Source: Thermotogota bacterium (GTDB lineage Bacteria > Thermotogota > Thermotogae > Petrotogales > Kosmotogaceae). Taken from it: a stretch of 23,278 bases of DNA. The notes below the pieces were generated by a model. That model saw only the letters and a list, made by a program, of their open reading frames with translations, did no database searches and had not been told where the DNA came from. Position 1 is the stretch's first letter, and the number at the start of each line of letters is the position of its first letter. The stretch spans positions 1-23,278 of the forward strand of contig JAYEJL010000051.1 of NCBI GenBank assembly GCA_034660555.1. Direction: 5' to 3'. Of the stretch, positions 16,334 through 23,278 are shown piece by piece. The position numbers and the translations under genes are program-made.

Positions 16334-19241
16334 AGTGCATCGTAAAGACTCAGTAAACAACGATATTTTTGTGTCAGCTTCAGCTGGCACAGGTAAAACC
16401 TATATGCTGGTTAAACATTATATCGAAATATTTGATAACGCATTTAGAAAAAATGAAAACATCGACGTTCACAACGTTGTGGCTATAACATTTACTAAAA
16501 AGGCTGCAAAAGAAATGAAGGATAGAGTGTTAAATGCTTTCGAGGACAGACTTAAAAAGGGTTGTCCAGGAAAATGGAAATCGATTCGGGCGAGAATAAT
16601 TTATTCATGGATATCAACCATTCACTCCTTTTGCGAACGTATTTTGCGGGAAAGTGCTGTTTTTCTTGGTATTGATCCAGGATTTGAGGTACTTTCCGGT
16701 ATGAAAAAAACTGCTATAGAAAATAGAGTGGTCATGAGATATTTTGAAGAAAATATTGACGATATGGAAGAATTAATAGATTATCTGGGTGTTGATAACA
16801 CATTCAAACTGCTTAAAAATGTGTTAAGTTCAAAAAGATACGAAATAACTTCATCAAGACCTCTAAAAACAAATATTAAAGAAATGGAAATTGGGGAAAA
16901 GGGCAAAAAAATCCTTCAAGGAACCAGAGTATTTCATTCAAAATTCGAAGGTCTATTAAAGCTATATGAGGAAGAAACTACTGGTAAAGGATATATAGAT
17001 TTTGAAGACCTACTTATAAAAACCCGCGATCTTCTCAAGGAATTTCCTGCCATAAGAAAGAAATATATAAGGAGATTCAGATATATTCTTGTTGATGAGT
17101 TTCAGGATACAAACGAACTACAAAAGGAAATAATCGATTTGCTTCATACTAAAGAAGAGAATTATCTGTTTTTTGTAGGTGATAACAAACAATCGATTTA
17201 CAGATTTCGGGGTGCTGATGTTAGCGTTTTCAACAAAACCAGAGAACATTTCTATCAGAAAGGCTCGAATATTACTCAACTAACCACAAACAGGCGCTCA
17301 CATCCTGATATTGTAGAGTTTCAAAACAGGTTATTTGGAAAGGTTATGAACCCCCAGCACGCTGAAAAATTGTTTTATTCAACCTATGAAACCACAATCA
17401 ATCCATTACCATATGAGTCAGCTGATAACGCTTCACGGGTAAGAGTATTATTCTCTGAAAACACTTCAGTGGAACCTCTGCGCATTGCAAAATGCATTAC
17501 TGATTTGTTAAATGAAGAAGTAACCTTTCGTGATAAAAACGGAAACTATGAAAAGAGAAGGATAAGACCGGGAGATATTGCCATTCTCTTTAGAAAATCA
17601 GGTAAAGTCAAATTATACGAAGAACAACTGGAAAAATACTCTATACCCTATTACACAGTCAGTGGAAAGAATTTTTATGATAGTCCAGAAGTAGCTGCTC
17701 TACTGGCATGTCTTGATATTATAGTAGATCCATTAGATGATAATTCATTTGCAAAATTTCTACTTTCACCTGCTATTGGACTCACACTCGATGAAATTGT
17801 TGCTTTAAAGGGAAAAAACGATCATTTCTATCAATCCATTAATCGATCACAAAATATCACTGTACAAAAACTAAAAACGTTGTTCGATCGTTATATGAGG
17901 CTCAAATTTGTATTGAGTCCCGGGAATCTTCTTGAAAAATTTGTATCTGAAACAGATTACCTTGCAAAACTTTCATCACTGGATAATTCTCAAAGAATGA
18001 TTGCCAATGTTGAAAAGCTTCTTGAAATTTCAAAAGAACTTGACAGAATGGGAACAACCTTAAGGGAGCTCTCTTCAAATCTAAAATCCTTTGTTGATAG
18101 CACAGAAGAAACCGAAGCAACATTAGAAACAGAACAATCGAATAGCGTTAAATTGCTTACTGTTCACAAATCAAAGGGACTTGAGTTCCCAATCGTGTTG
18201 TTAGCTGATTGTTTCTGGCAGGAAAAAAATTCAACCGATCCTGAATTTTTGTTCGGAGAAAATGGCTATATGATTACTGAAAAAATGAGCTCCAGTAATG
18301 ATGAGACAGTTATTTCAAATTTGGTTAGAGATGAACTTGAAAAAGAACGCGAAGAAGAAAAACGAACTTTGTATGTAGCAACCAGTAGACCAAGAGAAAT
18401 GCTCATTTTAAGTTTGAATGGCAAACCTACTAGTAGGCGCCCCTGGTCTCAAATGTTCCTCGAAACTCTTATAAATTATGATGAAAAAGAATTACAAATA
18501 TCTTCAAACATGTCAGATCTTGTAGAGGAAATCGATCCTTCAGGTGAATTCAAGGAATATCTAAGCAAAGATACAGTTGAACCACCATCTGAATTTGACA
18601 TCGAATTAATAAAAAATCTTGATTCATCAACTTACAGTGAATATATTTCTCCAACTGCACTACAGGAAGAAGTGAATTTCGATTTTCATGATAACGGTGA
18701 ACCTGCGGAGTTTAAAAGAGATCCTAAAGAACTGGGAACGTTAGCCCATTCTTTTCTTGAACAGGTAGGTGTTAAAGGCACCACTTTAAAAAGTTTGATT
18801 CAAGGTGGTGATCCAGTAGCAGTTGATAGAATAAGGTTTTTTGAGGATGACTTGAAAACGGTAAAAAATGTACTTGAAAAAAATATAGAAAATCACTTGA
18901 TCAAAGAAATTGAGCAATCGAAAAACGTAATAAATGAAAACATGTTTCAGAAAGAATTCAGAAAATATATACTTGTTGGCATAATTGATAAACTCTATTT
19001 AACCCAGGAAGGGTGGAAGATAGCCGACTTTAAATATGCCCATTATGACAAAAAGACTTTAACAAAATATACATTTCAAATGCAGTTCTATTATTATATT
19101 TTAAAGGAACTTCTTAATCCAGTAGAAATTAACTTGCTCTATTTAAAAGACGGCAAAACAGTAAGCGTTAAACCCGCTGAAAATTTTGAAAAACAGCTAG
19201 TAGAAGCTTTAGAACAATGCGAAAAGAAGGTGTTTAAATGA
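16323..19241 (+). CDS. addA: ATP-dependent helicase/nuclease subunit A (AddA, UvrD-like SF1A helicase plus RecB-type nuclease)
   Basis: Helicase motifs ASAGTGKT, AITFTKKAAKEMKDR, STIHSFC, LVDEFQDTN, VGDNKQSIYRFRGAD, NRRS, LTVHKSKGLEFP and YVATSR. Nuclease motifs GTLAH, GIIDKL, IADFK and QMQFY. SD GAGGAG at 16311-16316. Confidence 0.9.
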   Translation: MMSEVHRKDSVNNDIFVSASAGTGKTYMLVKHYIEIFDNAFRKNENIDVHNVVAITFTKKAAKEMKDRVLNAFEDRLKKGCPGKWKSIRARIIYSWISTIHSFCERILRESAVFLGIDPGFEVLSGMKKTAIENRVVMRYFEENIDDMEELIDYLGVDNTFKLLKNVLSSKRYEITSSRPLKTNIKEMEIGEKGKKILQGTRVFHSKFEGLLKLYEEETTGKGYIDFEDLLIKTRDLLKEFPAIRKKYIRRFRYILVDEFQDTNELQKEIIDLLHTKEENYLFFVGDNKQSIYRFRGADVSVFNKTREHFYQKGSNITQLTTNRRSHPDIVEFQNRLFGKVMNPQHAEKLFYSTYETTINPLPYESADNASRVRVLFSENTSVEPLRIAKCITDLLNEEVTFRDKNGNYEKRRIRPGDIAILFRKSGKVKLYEEQLEKYSIPYYTVSGKNFYDSPEVAALLACLDIIVDPLDDNSFAKFLLSPAIGLTLDEIVALKGKNDHFYQSINRSQNITVQKLKTLFDRYMRLKFVLSPGNLLEKFVSETDYLAKLSSLDNSQRMIANVEKLLEISKELDRMGTTLRELSSNLKSFVDSTEETEATLETEQSNSVKLLTVHKSKGLEFPIVLLADCFWQEKNSTDPEFLFGENGYMITEKMSSSNDETVISNLVRDELEKEREEEKRTLYVATSRPREMLILSLNGKPTSRRPWSQMFLETLINYDEKELQISSNMSDLVEEIDPSGEFKEYLSKDTVEPPSEFDIELIKNLDSSTYSEYISPTALQEEVNFDFHDNGEPAEFKRDPKELGTLAHSFLEQVGVKGTTLKSLIQGGDPVAVDRIRFFEDDLKTVKNVLEKNIENHLIKEIEQSKNVINENMFQKEFRKYILVGIIDKLYLTQEGWKIADFKYAHYDKKTLTKYTFQMQFYYYILKELLNPVEINLLYLKDGKTVSVKPAENFEKQLVEALEQCEKKVFK

Positions 19242-20062
19242 TTCTTAAACCAACACGCAGATCGTTCTTTTTAAGATACTTTATTTTTCCTTATTACTTA
19301 ATCTGTGGTATTGTTATGATCTATCTTGCAAATCTTGAGGTGGTTAAAATTGCTTCAGCAGATTTCTGGAAATATCTTGGGATATGGCTTGCATTAACTA
19401 TGATACCTTCTCTCATTCTGTCTTTTTACAGAAGACGATTTGGCTGGTTTTTCTGGACCCTGCTAATGAATATTATTGGCTGGACTGGCTATTTTTATCT
19501 ACAAAGTGTTGAGGAGTTTGAACAGCAGCTGAAATACGAATCTCTTGTAATGTTGGCAAAAAATGCGCCTTATATGATTTTCATAGTTGTATCCTTGATC
19601 GCACTTGTAATTATTGAGTTATACAGAGTCAGTTTTAAATATGAAATTTCGAGAACAAACATTTCCATAACATACGGATTATTTGGAGCAAATAAACAAC
19701 TAATAATTTCAAAAAATATTACAAACGTTCTGAAAAAGCGTTCTGTAATTGAATGTATGCTTGGGATTGGGCATGTTATTCCCGTAACATCTTCAGGTAT
19801 GGGCGCAGGTGATACTGGCGTATTTGGAGGAATGGGTGCAGGTATTGGAGCAAAGAACATCGGAGCTGGTGCGTTCATGGGAAAAACTAGCACTGAAAAA
19901 GAATTTGTCGCAAATCCAAAAAACTGTTTATATGGTGTCGCAAATCCAGATAAAGCGATGAATTTTATTGCTCATTTACTCGTAGATGAAAATAAACCAC
20001 CTCATGATATTTCAGGTAATTCAGAAGAAGACAACACTATTTCAGATGAAAGGAATTCATAG
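19238..20062 (+). CDS. Membrane protein (about 4 TM) with C-terminal bacterial PH-like (DUF304/bPH_2-type) domain and Gly-rich insert
   Basis: N-terminal TM helices, then [22 protein letters not shown]...[20 protein letters not shown]...LYGVANP, which resembles the bPH pattern. ATGA overlap with the addA stop. Confidence 0.7.
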   Translation: MILKPTRRSFFLRYFIFPYYLICGIVMIYLANLEVVKIASADFWKYLGIWLALTMIPSLILSFYRRRFGWFFWTLLMNIIGWTGYFYLQSVEEFEQQLKYESLVMLAKNAPYMIFIVVSLIALVIIELYRVSFKYEISRTNISITYGLFGANKQLIISKNITNVLKKRSVIECMLGIGHVIPVTSSGMGAGDTGVFGGMGAGIGAKNIGAGAFMGKTSTEKEFVANPKNCLYGVANPDKAMNFIAHLLVDENKPPHDISGNSEEDNTISDERNS

Positions 20063-20065
20063 AAG

Positions 20066-20142
20066 TGGCGTGCCCGGGGCGATTCGAACGCCCGGCCTCC
20101 AGATCCGCAGTCTAGCGCTCTATCCAGCTGAGCTACGGGCAC
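20066..20142 (-). tRNA. tRNA-Arg (anticodon GCG)
   Basis: 77 nt, GTGCCCG..CGGGCAC-G-CCA. D-arm AGCTCAGCTGGATAGAGC, anticodon arm CTAGA-CTGCGGA-TCTGG, T-loop GTTCGAATC. CCA is encoded. Confidence 0.97.
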
Positions 20143-20146
20143 AATA

Positions 20147-20239
<93 letters not shown>

Positions 20240-20250
20240 GTTCCTAAAAG

Positions 20251-20279
20251 ATTCTATCACGCTCAAATATGCGTGTCAA
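20251..20279 (-). promoter_or_regulatory. Sigma70 promoter of the tRNA-Ser/tRNA-Arg operon
   Basis: TTGACA (20279-20274), 17 nt, TAGAAT (20256-20251), with an extended TG and an upstream A-tract. The -10 ends 11 nt before the tRNA-Ser 5' end. Confidence 0.85.
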
Positions 20280-20289
20280 CAATTTTTTG

Positions 20290-21243
20290 TCACCTTGATG
20301 GCATCCAAAATGTAATAACATTTAGAAAGTGATACCATATGGTCGTAACTATGGAAAGAAAACCTGACCTGAACGAAGTCCCTTTTGGGTAAGCGATCAT
20401 TTCCATACACTTTTCATTGTTCCCTTTTTCATCAGCATAATCATATCCACGAATTAATGTCATTGGAGTCATTTCAGTTGTCTGTCCCATCATCATTCCT
20501 GATATCCCAGCAAGAGAGTCAATCACACAGTCGTTCCCTCCAAGATAATGTTTGCCAAATATGTCTGCGCTTCCGCTTTTTCTAGTAATTGGATCGATAC
20601 CTGAATAACCAATAGCTACATCTTGCGAACCCATCCTACCCAGTAAGGAAACGGTATCGGTAATAACAACTGCTACATCTTTACCTGTAAATTTCTTCAC
20701 GGATTCTCTAATTTTCTTTGCTGTTATGCAGGGACTTGGGGGAATCATGGTAACATATCCTTCCCTGGCATTAGAAAAATCTAGCCCCGCATCATCAAGA
20801 AAAGCTGCATGTTTATTAACGATAAATACAAATCTCGAAATCTCAAGCGCTTCTTCTGTTCCTTTATGATCTATTGATAACTCAAGCAATCTGGACCAAA
20901 GCTTTTTATTTTTTACTACCCTCTTAAATGGTATAACTATCAAAGGTTTACCTTCATCAAAGATAAGTTGCATTTCCCTGGGATTCTTTTTGAAGATTTT
21001 TGCAAAAAACCGTGCTTTCATTGAAGGATTGACAGTTGAGAGTTCAAAGGTTCGCCCTTCAAAAAGAGAGGCTGTTTTGGACGTAATAACAAGTATATCT
21101 TTGTTTTCTATTTCAAGGCCGTTTTTATTTAGTTTTTCTACAATGACTTCACTAATCTCAAGGCTTTCAGTTTCTTCAGGTAATAGTGGCTTTTGAAATT
21201 TTATAGGATAAACATTCAAAACACTGGATGCGTTTTCCTTCAT
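20290..21243 (-). CDS. Coenzyme F420-0:L-glutamate ligase (CofE/F420_ligase) family protein; actual substrate unknown
   Basis: Motifs DILVITSK..S..EGR, AGLDFSN, VAVVITDT, DVAIGYSGI, DIFGK and DSLA...MMGQTTEMTPMTLIRG match the CofE fold pattern. SD AAGGAG upstream. Confidence 0.8.
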   Translation of the reverse strand: MKENASSVLNVYPIKFQKPLLPEETESLEISEVIVEKLNKNGLEIENKDILVITSKTASLFEGRTFELSTVNPSMKARFFAKIFKKNPREMQLIFDEGKPLIVIPFKRVVKNKKLWSRLLELSIDHKGTEEALEISRFVFIVNKHAAFLDDAGLDFSNAREGYVTMIPPSPCITAKKIRESVKKFTGKDVAVVITDTVSLLGRMGSQDVAIGYSGIDPITRKSGSADIFGKHYLGGNDCVIDSLAGISGMMMGQTTEMTPMTLIRGYDYADEKGNNEKCMEMIAYPKGTSFRSGFLSIVTTIWYHFLNVITFWMPSR

Positions 21244-21297
21244 TAACTGGAATCTCCTTTTTTACATACAATTAGATTAAGCAATTTATTTGTGCTG

Positions 21298-21310
21298 TAT
21301 AATTTTACCA
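21298..21310. promoter_or_regulatory. Overlapping divergent -10 elements between the cofE-like gene and tex
   Basis: Plus-strand TATAAT at 21298-21303 and minus-strand TGgTAAAAT at 21310-21302. Confidence 0.35.
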
Positions 21311-21364
21311 TTAAAGAAACCATATGTTTTTATCAGTCAACGAATTGATCCTGGAGGCCTTTTC

Positions 21365-23278
21365 ATGAACAAATTTGTCTCGAAAATTTCTGAACTTCTT
21401 AATATTGCCAAATGGCAAGTTGAAAACGCTGTTAAATTACTGGATGAAGGAAAAACAATTCCTTTCATTTCTCGTTATCGTAAAGAGAATACCGGTGAAT
21501 TGAATGAAACCCAATTAAGAGATATCGCTGACAATCTTGAAAATCTAAGAAAATTACACCAAAGACGCACTGAAATAATCAGAATTATACAAGAAAAAGG
21601 AAAGATGACCGCTGAACTAAAAGAAAGCCTTCAAAAAGCAGAAAGCCTTCAGGAACTTGAGAACCTGTATCTACCGTACAAAAGCAAAAAAGAAACAAGA
21701 GCTGATAAAGCAAGGAAGAAGGGACTATCGAAGCTTGCAGATTTTTTGGAAGTTACAAAAACAAAGGATAATAAATTCATTGAATCATTTATTAACGAGG
21801 AAAAGGGCGTAAATAGCAGACAAGAAGCAATCGAAGGGGCCCTGGACATCATTGCTGAAAAGCTCTCACAATTTGCTGACATTCGCAAACGTATTAAGAC
21901 CATTTTCGATAACAAAGCTTCATTGCAATCAATTAAGGGCGAAGATGAAGATCAAAATGGCATCTACAACAATTATTATTCATTTAAGCGCCCTTTAAAG
22001 CATTTGGCTGCTCATCATATTCTTGCGATTTTTAGAGGTGAAAGAGAAAAGAAATTGAAAGTAACATTTGATGTTTCACACAATTTTATACCGGATATTT
22101 TGAAAATAAAAAACTACAACAGCGACCTAGGTTACTTTAAAGAATTAAAGGATACCATTCATGACGCACTAACAAGATTGATTATACCTTCAGTCGAAAG
22201 AGAAATACGATCGCAACTAAAAGAACAGGCTGAGAACCGTGCTATCTCAGTATTTGCTGAAAACCTCAGAAATCTTATCCTCCTTCCACCATTAGGAGAA
22301 AAGACTGTTATGGGGATTGATCCTGGATACAGAACAGGTTGTAAAATAGCTGTTATAGACAGAGAAGGAAATCCCATTTATCATGACACAATTTACCCAA
22401 CTCCTCCAAAAAATGAGATACTTCCTTCAGAAGCAAAGTTAGCGGGAGCAATCAACCAGCTTAATATCGAGATTATTGCAATAGGTAATGGTACGGCTTC
22501 CAGGGAAACCAGAGATTTTGTCACCAATATGATAAAAAAGCATAAGCTTAAATGCAAGTACCTGATAGTTTCTGAAGCTGGAGCTTCTATCTATTCTGCA
22601 TCCAAAACGGCTGTTGATGAATTCCCTGATTATGATGTAACAACACGAGGAGCTATATCGATAGCCAGAAGAGTACAGGATCCACTTGCAGAATATGTCA
22701 AGATCCCTCCCGAATCGCTTGGTATAGGTATGTACCAACATGATGTGAACAAGAAAAATCTTAAAAAATCTCTTGATAGAGAAGTTGAATCAGCAGTTAA
22801 TTTTGCGGGTGTAAACCTCAACACATCCTCTTTTCATCTTCTAAAATACATCTCGGGACTAAACAGCAAGACTGCCAGAAAAATTGTTGAAAGACGCGCA
22901 GAAACTGGTGCCTTTTCTGACAGGAAGGAGTTGCTTGAAGTCGAGGGCATTGGTCCGGTTGCCTTTGAACAGGCAGCGGGTTTCTGTAGAATTATAAATG
23001 GAGACAATCCGCTGGATAGCACGACAATACATCCTGAATCGTATGAAATTGCTGAAAGCATACTTCAATTTATTGGCTTTTCTTCCAACGATTTAATTGA
23101 GAAGAAAAAACAAATCCAGAAATCCCTTAATGAAGTTAACTGGAAAAAATATGCTTCAAAAAATTGCTTTAATGAGATAACAGTTCAGGATATTGTAAAA
23201 TCACTTCAAAAACCCGGGCTTGATCCGCGGGATGAGCTGGAAAAACCATTATTAAGAGATGATGTTATGACCATGGAA
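21365..23278 (+). CDS. tex: Tex (YhgF/Spt6-like) RNA-binding transcriptional accessory protein, partial (runs off the 3' end)
   Basis: Not in the ORF track because there is no stop in the window. Manual translation from ATG 21365 (SD GGAGG at 21353-21357) gives LLDEGKTIPFISRYRKENTG, LYLPYK, MGIDPGYRTGCK, IGNGTASRET, VSEAGASIYSAS and ARRVQDPLAEYVKI..GIGMYQHD. 638 codons lie within the window. Confidence 0.95.
   Translation, partial: MNKFVSKISELLNIAKWQVENAVKLLDEGKTIPFISRYRKENTGELNETQLRDIADNLENLRKLHQRRTEIIRIIQEKGKMTAELKESLQKAESLQELENLYLPYKSKKETRADKARKKGLSKLADFLEVTKTKDNKFIESFINEEKGVNSRQEAIEGALDIIAEKLSQFADIRKRIKTIFDNKASLQSIKGEDEDQNGIYNNYYSFKRPLKHLAAHHILAIFRGEREKKLKVTFDVSHNFIPDILKIKNYNSDLGYFKELKDTIHDALTRLIIPSVEREIRSQLKEQAENRAISVFAENLRNLILLPPLGEKTVMGIDPGYRTGCKIAVIDREGNPIYHDTIYPTPPKNEILPSEAKLAGAINQLNIEIIAIGNGTASRETRDFVTNMIKKHKLKCKYLIVSEAGASIYSASKTAVDEFPDYDVTTRGAISIARRVQDPLAEYVKIPPESLGIGMYQHDVNKKNLKKSLDREVESAVNFAGVNLNTSSFHLLKYISGLNSKTARKIVERRAETGAFSDRKELLEVEGIGPVAFEQAAGFCRIINGDNPLDSTTIHPESYEIAESILQFIGFSSNDLIEKKKQIQKSLNEVNWKKYASKNCFNEITVQDIVKSLQKPGLDPRDELEKPLLRDDVMTME

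Noticed and set aside
13235..19241. Possible Cas4/CRISPR or helicase-nuclease defence system
   Set aside because: The Fe-S PD-(D/E)XK domain is the C-terminus of a full-length AddB paired with AddA. There is no repeat-spacer array or cas gene in the window.
19906..19948. 13-bp direct repeat TGTCGCAAATCCA (19906-19918 and 19936-19948)
   Set aside because: Only two copies, both in frame and encoding VANP. It is not an array or a target-site duplication.
20258..20275. Inverted repeat CACGC-N8-GCGTG in the tRNA promoter spacer
   Set aside because: The arms are only 5 bp and there is no U-tract. This is too weak to call an operator or terminator without conservation data.
21649..23068. Six short minus-strand ORFs at the right end
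   Set aside because: They are antisense to the continuous tex reading frame that starts at 21365.

Overview
AT-rich bacterial chromosomal segment. A Thermotogota origin (Kosmotoga/Petrotoga-like) is inferred from tRNA-Arg(GCG), GAGGTG-type Shine-Dalgarno sites and gene content, but is not verified. Left to right it holds the 3' part of an apparently frameshifted SPL-like radical SAM gene and a membrane-bound unorthodox hybrid histidine kinase (HisKA-HATPase-pseudoREC-REC-HPt). The kinase converges on a tightly packed minus-strand operon: tandem PRC-barrel protein, 4-TM protein, LolD/MacB-type ABC ATPase, double-FtsX permease, REC-PP2C phosphatase, STAS anti-anti-sigma factor and RsbW-like kinase. 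Next come a type IIA P-type ATPase whose true N-terminus seems to start at a non-canonical ATA codon, and a divergent addB-addA operon coupled to a membrane protein with a PH-like domain. The right end carries a tRNA-Ser(GCT)/tRNA-Arg(GCG) pair with a near-consensus sigma70 promoter, an orphan CofE/F420-ligase-family gene and a partial tex gene that is absent from the ORF track. No mobile element, CRISPR array or prophage was seen. The best candidate for an undescribed system is the sigma-less partner-switching/phosphorelay module co-operonic with an envelope ABC transporter. All family calls come from motif recognition by eye; no database search was run.
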